From Escherichia coli (GTDB lineage Bacteria > Pseudomonadota > Gammaproteobacteria > Enterobacterales > Enterobacteriaceae), in the NCBI RefSeq assembly GCF_024298765.1, contig NZ_CP101210.1: 64,000 nucleotides of DNA; one strand, given 5' to 3'. A program made the position numbers and the translations under genes. Position 1 is the first letter of the stretch, and the number at the start of each line of letters is the position of its first letter. A model generated the notes under the pieces. The model was not told where the DNA came from and did no database searches. It saw nothing but the letters and a program-made list of their open reading frames with translations. Shown piece by piece: positions 1 to 12,346 of the stretch.

Positions 1-2283
1 TTTCATGCTGTGGCGGGTTCCCTGTGCCACAATGTCAGCCCACAGGCCGGAGGACGTGTGTGTCAGATTCAGGTATCCGCCCAGGCTGCCGGCATCATCC
101 CGGACCGTGCCGGCGCGGGAACCGTCATCATCCTTAACATCAACGGAAGAATGGCCTGCGGCACCATACACCCCTGTCGTCAGAGACATACCGGCAACCT
201 CTGTTCTGAGCAGGTCACCCTCCAGACGGACGAAGCCATAGCTGCCGCTGCTTTCCGGCGTGGCTCCACGGGCAATACCGCCGTTGTTATCGTGACCGAG
301 ATGACCGCCCTGAATGCTGAGACGGACGCTGTTATTTTCACCGTTTACACCGGTCTGATGGCTGCGGGAGCCTGCCAGAATCCGGTCATAGTCCATTGCC
401 TGTGTCAACATGGAGGCATACAGGGGGACTTCAGCACGATAAGCATTTTCACTGCGCAGGTACCAGTCTTCATCGCTGTCACGGTTCAGGGTGTAGTTAA
501 AGGCGCCGGCCTGAAGCGGGCGACTCAGGGCAAACGCACCTTCTTCTGTGGTGGCACCATTCTGTGCATCCACAACCCGGATACCCTGTCCGGAGGTTGC
601 CACCCCGAGGTTACTGTTTCCGACATTTGTAAACGCAAGCCAGGTTTTGCCGGTTGCCTGACCACCATTAATCACCAGCTGGTCAGAGGCATTGCTGCCA
701 TCAAGGCGAACACGCATATTGATGGTGCCACCCTGACCGGTGAGGTTACTGGTGGTCAGTTTATGGAACGTTACCGGGGCGTCGCCTTTTGCAACAGCAC
801 GGCTCAGGACGGCATCCTGTGTCGTCTGATTATCAAAGCGAATCTCCCCTGCGTTAACAATATCGCCGGTACTGACCACATCACCATTCAGTACCATGCT
901 GGCGCCTTTACTGAGCTGTGTTCTGCCACTCAGACTTCCCCCGGCAGCCAGCGTCAGTGTTCCACGATGTCCGACAGTGGTGTTGCCAGCCTGTCCCCCG
1001 GCATTAACCGTAAAGCTGCCGCCATTTTCCAGCAGCAGGCCGCTGGCCTGACCGGATATGCCATCAATACTGAACTTACCGCTGGCATTGGTCCCCTCAA
1101 CAGTGGCACCACTGTCTGCAATCAGGGCACCACCGGATGTCATGGTGACACCTGTCGCCTTACCACCGGCAGACACTGCCAGGGTTCCGCCGTCATCCAC
1201 CCGTGTTTTCTGCGCTGAATGGCCTTCCAGTACATCCAGGCGACCGCCGGACTCCAGAACAACGCCGTCAGCCTTACCGTTTTCCACCGTGAAATTGCCC
1301 AGACGGTTGCTGCCAAGAACCGTTGCCGCAGTACTGGTGACCAGTGCTCCACCCTGTTTCAGGGTGACATTCGTGGCTGTACCACCGGCGTTCACCTGCA
1401 GTTTGCCTTTCTGGTTAACGGTGGTGAAATCCGCCAGACCACCTTCCTTGACAATCTGCCAGCCGTCACTGTTTACAACCGTGTCAGAGGCTGTGCCTCC
1501 GTTGTGCACATACTGGTAACCGCCATTCAGTGTGGTATCCAGCGCATGCCCGTGTACCGTCTGGTCGCCGCCGGCATAAACCACAGTGGTATTTGCTGTT
1601 CCTTCAATAGCCACAATCTGACGACCATTTTTATTGATGGTGGTACGTACGGCATTTCCGCGAACAAACTGCCCGGTATCACCATTTTCTGCATCCGGTC
1701 CCCCTTCCGCGCCGGTATTCACAACCGTGTCGGTTGCCACTGCGCCGGATTTGACGGCCTGCCAGCCCTTCTCATTAATGACAGTACCCGTTGCAATCCC
1801 GCCTTCATGTACCCACTGCTCACCGCCGTTCAGAGTGGTGTTCACTGCCTGCCCCTGAAGGCTCTGTCCGCCTCCGGCACTGATAACCGTGTCTGAAACG
1901 CTTCCTCCGGCATTCACTCTCTGAAGACCACCACCGGTGACAGTAGTGTTGTTGGCGGTACCGCCATTTTGTATCCATTGGCCGCCGGTATTGGCCTCGT
2001 TATCCGGCCCATACTCCAGCCCGGTACTGATGGTCATTCCGTTGGCCGTACCGAAGACAATCTGGTTGTCATGATTTGTCAGTGTTCCGTCGTTCACGGT
2101 TTCTCCCGCCTGTACAACCGTGTCAGCAGCCAGTGCCGGGACTGATGTGACAGCAGCAAGAGACAGCGCAACCGCCACACCGGCGCGTTTTCCCCGTGAG
2201 CGGGCCAGTTCGGAAGCCACCACCAGGGTGCCCGTAATGTGATTCCATACCAGCCTGTAGCTGGTGTTCAGATGTCGTTTCAT
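1..2283 (-). CDS. flu: Antigen 43 (Ag43/Flu) self-associating autotransporter, N-terminal 761 codons; 3' end runs off the window
   Basis: Reverse-strand frame open from ATG at 2283 to the window edge; absent from the supplied track because it has no in-window stop. Translation begins MKRHLNTSYRLVWNHITGTLVVASELARSRGKRAGVAVALSLAAVTSVPALA (extended autotransporter signal peptide), then G/T/N/V-rich beta-helix repeats. AAGGA RBS upstream. Matches my memory of E. coli Ag43. Confidence 0.9.
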   Translation of the reverse strand, partial: MKRHLNTSYRLVWNHITGTLVVASELARSRGKRAGVAVALSLAAVTSVPALAADTVVQAGETVNDGTLTNHDNQIVFGTANGMTISTGLEYGPDNEANTGGQWIQNGGTANNTTVTGGGLQRVNAGGSVSDTVISAGGGQSLQGQAVNTTLNGGEQWVHEGGIATGTVINEKGWQAVKSGAVATDTVVNTGAEGGPDAENGDTGQFVRGNAVRTTINKNGRQIVAIEGTANTTVVYAGGDQTVHGHALDTTLNGGYQYVHNGGTASDTVVNSDGWQIVKEGGLADFTTVNQKGKLQVNAGGTATNVTLKQGGALVTSTAATVLGSNRLGNFTVENGKADGVVLESGGRLDVLEGHSAQKTRVDDGGTLAVSAGGKATGVTMTSGGALIADSGATVEGTNASGKFSIDGISGQASGLLLENGGSFTVNAGGQAGNTTVGHRGTLTLAAGGSLSGRTQLSKGASMVLNGDVVSTGDIVNAGEIRFDNQTTQDAVLSRAVAKGDAPVTFHKLTTSNLTGQGGTINMRVRLDGSNASDQLVINGGQATGKTWLAFTNVGNSNLGVATSGQGIRVVDAQNGATTEEGAFALSRPLQAGAFNYTLNRDSDEDWYLRSENAYRAEVPLYASMLTQAMDYDRILAGSRSHQTGVNGENNSVRLSIQGGHLGHDNNGGIARGATPESSGSYGFVRLEGDLLRTEVAGMSLTTGVYGAAGHSSVDVKDDDGSRAGTVRDDAGSLGGYLNLTHTSSGLWADIVAQGTRHSMK

Positions 2284-2494
2284 CAGCTTTTCCTTACAGA
2301 GGGTGAATAAAAAAGCCGGTACCCACAAAAGTGGATACCGGCAGGTACAAAACAGCATGGTCAGATAAAGTGGTTTTTCCCGGACATAAATGTTTCCCCT
2401 CTCTCATCCGCCAGAGAAGTATCAGTCCGTTGTGTGCAATTCCGTTCTGCATGATGAAGAGATTCAGCTGCCTTTTCGCAGACCATTAACCACT

Positions 2495-2540
2495 ATAAAC
2501 GATCGATAGTAACGATCGATACCTGTTTTATCGATCGTTT
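2495..2540 (-). promoter_or_regulatory. agn43 phase-variation switch: three Dam GATC sites in the presumed OxyR-binding region
   Basis: GATC at 2500-2503, 2513-2516 and 2532-2535 inside acgatcgatagtaacgatcgatacctgttttatcgatcg, about 220-250 bp upstream of the flu ATG. The three-GATC layout is the known agn43 Dam/OxyR switch. Confidence 0.75.
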
Positions 2541-2653
2541 TATTCTATTAACAGCAAGGCAGTCACGCAAGAGAAAGAGGTGGATATGAGGGGGGTGTAT
2601 CATGTTTTCAGTTGGTTAACGCAATGTAATCAGGCATTTCCCTGGCAGACTGT

Positions 2654-3526
2654 TCAGAAGAAAATCCAGTTCCATACAGCGCGGGCAACAGAGACCACCG
2701 AGTCACGGACGGCACGCAGAACCGTGCGTGCAACAGAGGCAATACAGACGCTCTCCGCCGTGTCAAATATCCGGTCCACCGCACCGGTAAACTGTTCACG
2801 GGCCTGAGACCGGACAGATTCCGTGCGCAGCTCGTCCTGCAGGCGGGTCATCAGGGGACTGGCGGCATGGTCGGGAAGCGCTGTCATGAGCGCACTGACC
2901 AGCGTATCCAGTTCCCAGCCGGTGCAGGCCGATACGGCCACAACCGGATGTACGGGCCGGAACAGCCGGAATACCGCATCTGTTTTCTCACGAATGTTCT
3001 GTGCCTGTGCGGGAGAAGGCTGAATACCGGCCATATCCCATTCATGGCAGGGCTCCGTTTTGTCGGCCTGCGTCACCACAAACAGCACCCGCTGATGTCC
3101 CCGGTGCAGGATGTGTCGCCAGAAATACTCATCCACAGACAGGGCGCGGTCATCGGCTTTAATCAGCCACAGCACCAGGTCCAGTTCGGGCAGAATGTCA
3201 CGGTACAGGGCTTCATACTCTGCATCCCTGTCCCGGCTCTCGCCCACCCCGGGCAGGTCAGTGATAACCATGCTGTGACCGTGGCCACTCAGACGGAAGC
3301 GCCGCACTTCCCGGGTGCCGGCGTGAACATCACTGACCGGGGTGACCTCCCCCTGAAACAGCGCATTACAGAGTGAGGATTTACCGGCCCCGCTTTTACC
3401 CATAATGCCAATCACGGGTTCGTGACTGGTGAGTTTGCGCAGATGTTCCAGGATGTGACGGGAAAGTGAGTAAGGCAGGGAAGAAAGTGGTTTTTCAATT
3501 GCCTCAATGGCATCAGACGGATTCAT
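2654..3526 (-). CDS. yeeP: YeeP/YkfA/YfjP-family small GTPase of CP4-type islands, 290 aa, apparently intact
   Basis: ORF-track protein; start taken at internal MNPSDAIEAI (CAT at 3524-3526). G1 GKSGAGKSS, G3 DLPG, G4 TQAD motifs. Lies directly upstream of flu on the same strand, as yeeP-flu does in K-12 CP4-44. Confidence 0.8.
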   Translation of the reverse strand: MNPSDAIEAIEKPLSSLPYSLSRHILEHLRKLTSHEPVIGIMGKSGAGKSSLCNALFQGEVTPVSDVHAGTREVRRFRLSGHGHSMVITDLPGVGESRDRDAEYEALYRDILPELDLVLWLIKADDRALSVDEYFWRHILHRGHQRVLFVVTQADKTEPCHEWDMAGIQPSPAQAQNIREKTDAVFRLFRPVHPVVAVSACTGWELDTLVSALMTALPDHAASPLMTRLQDELRTESVRSQAREQFTGAVDRIFDTAESVCIASVARTVLRAVRDSVVSVARAVWNWIFF

Positions 3527-3789
3527 ACATGTATTCCCGGTGAAAAAAGACAAAACCCCGCGCACCGGAAAGGTGGCGGGGGATTCACGGAGATAATATC
3601 TGTCTGAAATTATTTAGAATGCACCTGGTGCACTGCAAAGGAAAGGCAATATTCCGTTCCTCCTCCTTGTCGTGAATACCCCAGGTATCTCACAATGTAC
3701 ACCGACTTACTCCGGGGCTGCCTGAACCACAAGATTGCTGTAGAATTGCCCCCAATGATTCAGGTCCAAACCAGGAAAATGGATTAAAA

Positions 3790-5346
3790 ATGACAAGTAT
3801 TCAACAACGAGCAGAACTGCACCGCCAGATATGGCAAATTGCCAATGATGTCAGAGGTTCTGTTGACGGATGGGATTTTAAGCAATACGTTCTGGGCGCG
3901 CTTTTCTACCGTTTTATCAGCGAAAATTTTTCCAGCTATATTGAAGCCGGTGATGACAGTATCTGTTATGCGAAACTGGATGACAGCGTAATTACTGATG
4001 ACATTAAAGACGATGCCATCAAAACTAAAGGCTACTTCATCTACCCCAGTCAGCTTTTCTGCAACGTAGCTGCGAAAGCAAATACCAATGACAGACTGAA
4101 TGCAGATTTAAACAGTATCTTCGTTGCTATCGAAAGTTCTGCTTACGGTTACCCTTCAGAAGCTGACATCAAAGGTTTGTTTGCTGATTTCGATACCACC
4201 AGTAACCGCCTGGGTAACACCGTTAAGGATAAAAATGCCCGCCTGGCTGCGGTTCTGAAAGGGGTTGAAGGGTTAAAACTTGGTGACTTCAACGAACATC
4301 AGATTGACCTGTTCGGCGATGCCTATGAGTTCCTGATTTCTAACTATGCGGCGAATGCTGGTAAGTCAGGCGGCGAGTTTTTTACACCGCAGCACGTCTC
4401 CAGGCTGATTGCACAACTGGCTATGCACGGGCAGACCAGCGTTAACAAAATCTACGACCCGGCAGCAGGTTCCGGTTCGCTGTTGTTGCAGGCTAAAAAA
4501 CAGTTTGATGACCATATCATCGAAGAAGGTTTTTTTGGTCAGGAAATCAACCATACGACCTATAACCTGGCGCGTATGAACATGTTTTTGCACAACATCA
4601 ACTACGACAAGTTTGATATCAAGTTGGGCAATACGCTGACTGAGCCGCACTTCAGAGATGAAAAACCGTTTGATGCCATCGTTTCTAACCCGCCGTATTC
4701 GGTGAAATGGATTGGCAGCGATGACCCGACGCTGATTAACGATGAACGTTTTGCCCCGGCTGGCGTCCTGGCCCCCAAATCCAAAGCTGACTTTGCGTTT
4801 GTACTACATGCGCTGAACTATCTTTCGGCCAAAGGTCGTGCTGCGATTGTCTGCTTCCCGGGTATTTTTTACCGTGGCGGCGCAGAGCAGAAAATCCGTC
4901 AATATCTGGTCGACAATAACTATGTCGAAACCGTGATTTCACTGGCACCGAACCTGTTCTTTGGCACCACCATTGCCGTAAACATTCTGGTGCTGTCTAA
5001 ACATAAAACGGATACCAACGTTCAGTTTATTGACGCCAGCGAACTGTTCAAAAAAGAGACTAACAACAATATCCTGACCGATGCCCATATCGAACAGATT
5101 ATGCAGGTATTTGCCAGCAAGGAAGATGTTGCTCATCTGGCAAAATCTGTCGCGTTCGAAGCCGTTGTCGCGAATGACTATAACCTGTCGGTGAGCAGCT
5201 ATGTGGAAGCGAAAGATAACCGCGAAATTATCAATATTGCTGAACTGAATGCAGAGCTGAAAACCACGGTCAGCAAAATCGACCAGTTGCGTAAAGATAT
5301 TGATGCAATTGTGGCTGAAATTGAAGGCTGCGAGGTGCAGAAATGA
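3790..5346 (+). CDS. hsdM: Type I restriction-modification methyltransferase subunit HsdM, type IC (EcoR124 family)
   Basis: 518 aa. AdoMet motif [10 protein letters not shown], catalytic NPPY (SNPPYSVKW). N-terminus [23 protein letters not shown] matches my memory of EcoR124I HsdM. Stop overlaps the hsdS start (ATGA at 5343-5346). Confidence 0.95.
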   Translation: MTSIQQRAELHRQIWQIANDVRGSVDGWDFKQYVLGALFYRFISENFSSYIEAGDDSICYAKLDDSVITDDIKDDAIKTKGYFIYPSQLFCNVAAKANTNDRLNADLNSIFVAIESSAYGYPSEADIKGLFADFDTTSNRLGNTVKDKNARLAAVLKGVEGLKLGDFNEHQIDLFGDAYEFLISNYAANAGKSGGEFFTPQHVSRLIAQLAMHGQTSVNKIYDPAAGSGSLLLQAKKQFDDHIIEEGFFGQEINHTTYNLARMNMFLHNINYDKFDIKLGNTLTEPHFRDEKPFDAIVSNPPYSVKWIGSDDPTLINDERFAPAGVLAPKSKADFAFVLHALNYLSAKGRAAIVCFPGIFYRGGAEQKIRQYLVDNNYVETVISLAPNLFFGTTIAVNILVLSKHKTDTNVQFIDASELFKKETNNNILTDAHIEQIMQVFASKEDVAHLAKSVAFEAVVANDYNLSVSSYVEAKDNREIINIAELNAELKTTVSKIDQLRKDIDAIVAEIEGCEVQK

Positions 5347-6569
5347 GCGAGTTGACTTATCTGGAAAAATTGCTGGATGGGGTTAAGGTTGAGTGGCAAA
5401 CACTAGGGAAAGTGCTTAAACGAACTAAAGGCACAAAAATAACCGCTGGGCAGATGAAAGCTCTTCACAAAGATAATGCGCCGCTTAAAATTTTTGCAGG
5501 AGGGAAAACAGTAGCCTTTGTTGACTTTAAAGATATACCAGAGAAAGATATTAATAGAGAGCCATCGATTATTGTTAAATCCAGAGGTATTATCGAATTC
5601 GAGTATTACGATAAACCATTCTCTCACAAAAATGAGATGTGGTCATATCACTCAAATAATGATGCGATAAGCATAAAGTATATTTATTACTTCCTAAAAA
5701 TAAATGAAGGATATTTCCAGAAAATTGGGGGTAAAATGCAAATGCCACAAATTGCAACTCCTGATACAGATAAGTTTGAAGTTCCAATCCCCTGCCCGGA
5801 TAATCCGGAAAAATCCCTTGCCATCCAGTCTGAAATCGTTCGGATTCTGGATAAGTTTACTGCACTTACCGCTGAGCTTACCGCTGAGCTTAATATGCGT
5901 AAAAAACAATACAACTACTATCGCGACCAGTTACTGAGTTTTGAGGATGGTGAGGTTGAGTGGAAGGCGTTAGGGACTATATGCCAAATTGGCGATGGCA
6001 ATCACTCATCAAAGTATCCTAAGGCGAATGAAATGATTGAGCAGGGGATACCCTTCATTCGTGGTACCAATATGGTGAATGGTACAATATGCAATCAAGA
6101 TATGAAGTACATATCTAAAGAAAAACACAATGAACTAAAAAAGGGGCATTTAAAAGCATTTGATGTTTTGATAGCTAATAGGGGAGAGGTTGGGAAGGTA
6201 GCATATGTTCCAGAGGGATATTCTGGATCTAATTTAAACTCCCAGTTAGCATGGCTTAGAGCCAACCCGGAAATTATCATTAATAGATATTTATTTTTCA
6301 TTCTTTGCTCATCAACCATACAGAATAAACTTTCTGGTGAAGGAGGGGCATTACAACAACTTACTATCAAGAACATAAAAAACATTCAGATACCTGTTCC
6401 ATCAATAACCGTTCAGAGCAATATCGTATCTTTTTTGGACAAGTTCGACTCGTTAACCAACTCAATCAGTGAAGGCTTGCCACGTGAAATCGAGTTGCGC
6501 CAGAAACAATACGAGTACTATCGTGATTTACTGTTCAGTTTCCCAAAACCTGATACTGTCAGTAATTAA
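5343..6569 (+). CDS. hsdS: Type I specificity subunit HsdS, type IC framework with two variable target-recognition domains
   Basis: 408 aa. Conserved central region ...[33 protein letters not shown] and C-terminal region ...[36 protein letters not shown] flank two AT-rich variable blocks. Confidence 0.9.
   Translation: MSELTYLEKLLDGVKVEWQTLGKVLKRTKGTKITAGQMKALHKDNAPLKIFAGGKTVAFVDFKDIPEKDINREPSIIVKSRGIIEFEYYDKPFSHKNEMWSYHSNNDAISIKYIYYFLKINEGYFQKIGGKMQMPQIATPDTDKFEVPIPCPDNPEKSLAIQSEIVRILDKFTALTAELTAELNMRKKQYNYYRDQLLSFEDGEVEWKALGTICQIGDGNHSSKYPKANEMIEQGIPFIRGTNMVNGTICNQDMKYISKEKHNELKKGHLKAFDVLIANRGEVGKVAYVPEGYSGSNLNSQLAWLRANPEIIINRYLFFILCSSTIQNKLSGEGGALQQLTIKNIKNIQIPVPSITVQSNIVSFLDKFDSLTNSISEGLPREIELRQKQYEYYRDLLFSFPKPDTVSN
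5865..5891 (+). repeat. 12-bp tandem repeat (cttaccgctgag x2, plus ctt) encoding TAEL-TAEL in the HsdS central spacer region
   Basis: Direct reading: 5865-5876 and 5877-5888 are identical. Confidence 0.9.
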
Positions 6570-6690
6570 TTGACCATTGCTACCGACCGGGCCACCTTAA
6601 CACCCGGTCTGTATATAGACTATTTTTTACGCGCCGGAAGTCACTCTTAACGCCCTTCCGGCCCTTGCCAGGCGGCACAAAGGATGCGCT

Positions 6691-9600
6691 ATGACTCATC
6701 AAACACACACCATTGCTGAATCCAATAACTTTATCGTCCTTGATAAGTACATCAAAGCTGAGCAAACAGGCGACAGCTATCAGAGCGAATCGGACCTGGA
6801 ACGGGAACTGATTCAGGACCTGCGAAATCAGGGCTATGAATTTATATCCGTAAAATCTCAGTCAGCGATGCTGGCCAACGTTCGGGAACAGCTTCAGAAC
6901 CTCAATGGTGTGGTGTTTAATGACAGCGAGTGGCGGCGTTTCACGGAGCAGTTTCTGGATAATCCGAGCGATGGCATCCTGGATAAAACCCGTAAAATTC
7001 ATATCGACTACATCTGCGACTTTATTTTTGACGACGGGCGTCTTGAGAACATCTATTTGATAGATAAAAAGAATCTCATGCGCAATAAAGTGCAGATTAT
7101 CCAGCAGTTTGAACAGGCAGGCTCTCATGCTAACCGTTATGACGTCACGATCCTGGTTAATGGTTTACCGCTGGTGCAAATCGAACTAAAAAAACGCGGG
7201 GTGGCGATTCGTGAGGCTTTCAACCAGATACATCGTTACAGTAAAGAGAGTTTTAACAGCGAAAATTCCCTGTTTAAGTATCTGCAACTGTTTGTCATTT
7301 CTAACGGCACCGATACCCGTTACTTTGCCAACACCACAAAGCGCGATAAAAACAGTTTTGACTTCACCATGAACTGGGCGAAATCAGACAACACGCTGAT
7401 TAAAGACCTCAAAGACTTTACCGCTACCTTTTTCCAGAAACATACTCTGCTTAATGTTCTGGTGAACTACAGCGTTTTTGACAGCAGTCAGACGCTACTA
7501 GTGATGCGACCGTACCAGATTGCTGCCACCGAGCGCATTCTGTGGAAAATTAAGAGCTCCTTTACAGCGAAGAACTGGTCAAAACCGGAAAGCGGTGGGT
7601 ATATCTGGCACACTACCGGTTCTGGTAAAACCCTCACCAGCTTTAAAGCCGCGCGTCTGGCAACAGAGCTGGACTTTATTGATAAAGTCTTCTTCGTGGT
7701 CGACAGGAAAGACCTCGATTACCAGACCATGAAGGAATATCAGCGTTTTTCGCCAGACAGCGTCAACGGCTCGGAAAATACCGCAGGCCTTAAACGAAAT
7801 CTGGATAAGGACGATAACAAAATTATCGTCACTACTATTCAGAAACTCAATAACCTGATGAAAGCAGAAAGCGACCTGCCTGTATATAATCAGCAAGTGG
7901 TGTTTATATTTGATGAATGCCACCGCAGCCAGTTTGGAGAAGCGCAGAAAAACCTGAAGAAGAAATTCAAACGCTATTATCAGTTTGGTTTTACCGGCAC
8001 CCCTATTTTCCCGGAAAACGCCTTAGGCTCAGAAACAACCGCCAGCGTATTTGGTCGTGAATTGCATTCGTATGTAATTACCGATGCGATTCGTGACGAA
8101 AAAGTGCTCAAATTCAAGGTGGACTACAACGATGTGCGACCACAGTTTAAGTCTTTAGAGACAGAAACTGACGAGAAAAAACTAAGTGCGGCTGAAAATC
8201 AGCAGGCGTTTCTTCATCCCATGCGTATTCAGGAAATCACGCAATATATTCTGAATAATTTCCGCCAGAAAACCCACCGTACTTTCCCTGGCTCCAAAGG
8301 TTTTAATGCCATGCTGGCAGTAAGCAGCGTGGATGCCGCGAAAGCCTATTACGCGACGTTTAAACGGTTACAAGAGGAAGCCGCTAATAAATCTACTACC
8401 TGTAAACCACTGCGTGTTGCGACAATCTTCTCCTTTGCCGCTAATGAAGAACAAAATGCGATTGGTGAAATATCCGATGAAACTTTTGATACCAGCGCAA
8501 TGGACAGCAGTGCTAAAGAGTTTCTTGACGCTGCAATTCGTGAGTATAACAGCTATTTTAAAACTAACTTCAGCACCGACAGTAAGGGTTTTCAGAACTA
8601 CTATCGTGATTTAGCCCAACGGGTTAAAAATCAGGATATCGATCTGTTAATTGTCGTGGGGATGTTTTTAACCGGTTTCGATGCTCCAACATTGAACACG
8701 CTATTCGTCGATAAAAACTTGCGTTTTCACGGCCTGATGCAGGCATTTTCCCGCACCAACCGTATTTATGATGCAACTAAAACCTTCGGTAATATCGTCA
8801 CTTTCCGCGATCTGGAACGCTCAACCATCGATGCCATAACGCTGTTTGGTGACAAAAACACCAAAAATGTAGTGTTAGAAAAGAGTTATGCAGAGTATAT
8901 GGAAGGCTTTACTGATGCTGCTACTGGTGAAGCTAAGCGCGGCTTTATGGCAGTAGTTGCAGAACTGGAACAACGGTTCCCTGACCCTGCCAGTATTGAA
9001 AGTGAAAAAGAGAAGAAAGACTTCGTTAAACTGTTTGGTGAATACCTGCGTGCCGAGAACATCCTGCAAAACTATGATGAATTTGCCACGCTGAAAGCCC
9101 TGCAACAAATCGATCTTAGCGATCCTGTTGCAGTAGAAAAATTCAAAGCAGAACATTATGTGGATGATGAAAAGCTCGCTGAATTGCAAACAATTCGTCT
9201 CCCTGCTGATCGCAAGATTCAGGATTATCGTTCTGCCTATAACGATATTCGCGACTGGCAGCGCCGTGAGAAAGAAGCTGAGAAAAAAGAGAAATCAACC
9301 ACTGACTGGGATGACGTAGTTTTTGAGGTCGATTTGCTGAAATCTCAGGAAATAAACCTGGATTATATCCTTGGTCTGATTTTCGAGCACAACAGACAAA
9401 ACAAAGGTAAGAGCGAAATGATCGAAGAGGTCAAACGCTTAATTCGTTCAAGCCTGGGGAACCGTGCTAAAGAGGGCCTGGTGGTCGATTTTATTCAGCA
9501 AACGAACCTGGATGATTTACCGGACAAAGCCAGCATCATTGACGCATTCTTTACGTTTGCTCAACGCGAACAGCAACGTGAAGCAGAAGCCTTGATCAAA

Positions 9601-9807
9601 GAAGAAAATCTCAATGAAGAGGCGGCGAAACGCTATATTCGCACATCTTTAAAACGCGAATACGCCACCGAAAATGGCACGGAATTAAACGAGACACTGC
9701 CCAGACTCAGTCCTTTAAATCCGCAATATAAAACGAAAAAACAGACTGTTTTTCAAAAAATTAGCGCATTTATTGAAAAATTTAAGGGGGTGGGTGGAAA
9801 GATTTAG
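6691..9807 (+). CDS. hsdR: Type I restriction endonuclease/translocase subunit HsdR, type IC
   Basis: 1038 aa. SF2 motifs HTTGSGKT (motif I) and FIFDECH (DEAD-box-like). N-terminus [22 protein letters not shown] matches my memory of EcoR124I HsdR. Stop TAG at 9805-9807 abuts IS5. Confidence 0.95.
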   Translation: MTHQTHTIAESNNFIVLDKYIKAEQTGDSYQSESDLERELIQDLRNQGYEFISVKSQSAMLANVREQLQNLNGVVFNDSEWRRFTEQFLDNPSDGILDKTRKIHIDYICDFIFDDGRLENIYLIDKKNLMRNKVQIIQQFEQAGSHANRYDVTILVNGLPLVQIELKKRGVAIREAFNQIHRYSKESFNSENSLFKYLQLFVISNGTDTRYFANTTKRDKNSFDFTMNWAKSDNTLIKDLKDFTATFFQKHTLLNVLVNYSVFDSSQTLLVMRPYQIAATERILWKIKSSFTAKNWSKPESGGYIWHTTGSGKTLTSFKAARLATELDFIDKVFFVVDRKDLDYQTMKEYQRFSPDSVNGSENTAGLKRNLDKDDNKIIVTTIQKLNNLMKAESDLPVYNQQVVFIFDECHRSQFGEAQKNLKKKFKRYYQFGFTGTPIFPENALGSETTASVFGRELHSYVITDAIRDEKVLKFKVDYNDVRPQFKSLETETDEKKLSAAENQQAFLHPMRIQEITQYILNNFRQKTHRTFPGSKGFNAMLAVSSVDAAKAYYATFKRLQEEAANKSTTCKPLRVATIFSFAANEEQNAIGEISDETFDTSAMDSSAKEFLDAAIREYNSYFKTNFSTDSKGFQNYYRDLAQRVKNQDIDLLIVVGMFLTGFDAPTLNTLFVDKNLRFHGLMQAFSRTNRIYDATKTFGNIVTFRDLERSTIDAITLFGDKNTKNVVLEKSYAEYMEGFTDAATGEAKRGFMAVVAELEQRFPDPASIESEKEKKDFVKLFGEYLRAENILQNYDEFATLKALQQIDLSDPVAVEKFKAEHYVDDEKLAELQTIRLPADRKIQDYRSAYNDIRDWQRREKEAEKKEKSTTDWDDVVFEVDLLKSQEINLDYILGLIFEHNRQNKGKSEMIEEVKRLIRSSLGNRAKEGLVVDFIQQTNLDDLPDKASIIDAFFTFAQREQQREAEALIKEENLNEEAAKRYIRTSLKREYATENGTELNETLPRLSPLNPQYKTKKQTVFQKISAFIEKFKGVGGKI

Positions 9808-11003
<1,196 letters not shown>

Positions 11004-11149
11004 CAAGAGAACGCAACAGCGCACTTGCTTTGCCACAGTTGAATTTTGTGCCGTAACGATGTGCAAGCATGTAAGCATAAGGAGTCAAGGTATAGCGTGT
11101 TACTTAGTTACTCGGATTAACAATCCCAACGTACAGAGCGGCGGATTTA

Positions 11150-11598
11150 CAGAGTCAGCGCAGTCCCTGCTCCGGCAGTCAGTGGCAGGCGGCGTACTGA
11201 AGCAAACCATTATCGATACCGGCATCGGCGATACCATCGGCATGCTGATGTCACACGGCAATATTTCTCCCTACATCATGGCGTGGTTGATAACCGTGCT
11301 GATCCGTCTGGCAACGGGTCAGGGCGTGGTCTCAGCCATGACGGCGGCGGGGATTATTAGCGCAGCAATCCTCGACCCGGCAACCGGTCAACTGGTGGGC
11401 GTCGACCCGGCGTTGCTGGTGCTGGCAACAGCGGCTGGCTCCAACACGCTGACCCATATCAACGATGCTTCGTTCTGGCTGTTCAAAGGCTACTTTGATC
11501 TGTCGGTGAAGGATACGCTGAAAACCTGGGGTCTGCTGGAGCTGGTAAACTCCGTGGTTGGCCTGATAATCGTGTTGATCATCAGCATGATTGCATAA
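11150..11598 (+). pseudogene. C-terminal fragment (about 150 aa) of a GntP-family (gluconate/organic acid:H+) permease; 5' part missing
   Basis: Only the 3' part of track ORF 10732..11598 looks real: ...[57 protein letters not shown]...[24 protein letters not shown] aligns with the GntT/GntP C-terminus as I recall it. The 5' part of that ORF is antisense IS5. The 5' boundary is approximate. Confidence 0.7.
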
Positions 11599-11605
11599 CG
11601 TTGAT

Positions 11606-11640
11606 ACCGCTCTGGCCCACAGCGCCAGAGCGGTTTTCCA
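11606..11640 (+). terminator. Rho-independent terminator after the GntP fragment
   Basis: accgctctggc / gccagagcggt stem (11606-11616 / 11624-11634), 7-nt loop, then tttcca. Confidence 0.55.
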
Positions 11641-11647
11641 TCCTGCC

Positions 11648-12346
11648 TCAACAATCCTCAATAATCAGATATACCGCCTTCACCGGACCATGCACCCCAA
11701 CCACCTTGATAAGCTCAATATCCGCCGTCGAGCTGGGTCCACTGATGATATTAATGCACGATGGCATACGCTCACCGGCCTGTGCTTTCTGATGCAGTTT
11801 TTCTGCCAGCTGCGCCACGCGCGGCAGGATGGTGCTTTTACGCAGCACGAAAATAGAGGACTCCGGCAACAGGCTCAGGGAGCGCCCGCGCTCCGGTGCG
11901 GAAAACAGCACCACGCCGCCGGACTCGGTCAGGCCATATTCGGCATACACCACGCCGACTTTCGCCTGCTCGGCCTGGGTAATATTTTCGCTACCACGCG
12001 CCGGATCCCAGACCACGGCGTTGCATTCCTGCTGCAAGCGTTCGGTGATGCCCAGCTCCACCAGCCGGCTGTCGCCGCTCAGCACCACCGGCTGCTGACC
12101 CAATTCTTCGCACAGGCGCAGTGCCGCGTCTGCGGCCTGGTCCTCGCTGGTCAGTTCGCAGCGGGCCAGCATCACTTCGCTGGCAAACTGGATAAACGCA
12201 GAGCAGCGCTGCTCGGGGCTAAGCTCGGTCAGGCGCTCGTTGGCATAGTTGTTAACCGGTGCGGCATCCGCTTGCGGTTCGAAGCGCAGCGGGCGACCCA
12301 GCGCCTGGGCGATGGTGTTTAAAAACGCGGTACGGTTATCCATTCT
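11648..12346 (-). CDS. ykgG: LutC/YkgG lactate-utilisation protein C
   Basis: Start taken at MDNRTAFLNTIAQALG (internal Met of track ORF 11648..12490), overlapping the ykgF stop. C-terminus ...INIISGPSSTADIELIKVVGVHGPVKAVYLIIEDC as in K-12 YkgG. Confidence 0.85.
   Translation of the reverse strand, partial: RMDNRTAFLNTIAQALGRPLRFEPQADAAPVNNYANERLTELSPEQRCSAFIQFASEVMLARCELTSEDQAADAALRLCEELGQQPVVLSGDSRLVELGITERLQQECNAVVWDPARGSENITQAEQAKVGVVYAEYGLTESGGVVLFSAPERGRSLSLLPESSIFVLRKSTILPRVAQLAEKLHQKAQAGERMPSCINIISGPSSTADIELIKVVGVHGPVKAVYLIIEDC

Noticed and set aside
5-1896. Several long + strand track ORFs (10..1218 at 402 aa, 1058..1519, 1219..1896, 1634..1858) across the first 2 kb
   Set aside because: They are antisense or off-frame shadows of the repetitive, G+C-rich Ag43 passenger-domain coding sequence on the minus strand. 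Their translations are low-complexity, with no motifs or RBS. The real gene (1..2283, minus) is missing from the track only because it lacks an in-window stop.
11591-12322. 243-aa + strand ORF, along with similar antisense ORFs in 12249-14448, 15102-16187 and 17415-18470
   Set aside because: They are antisense to well-supported ykgG/F/E, dld-like and lctP genes, with Arg/Gly/Gln-rich low-complexity translations.
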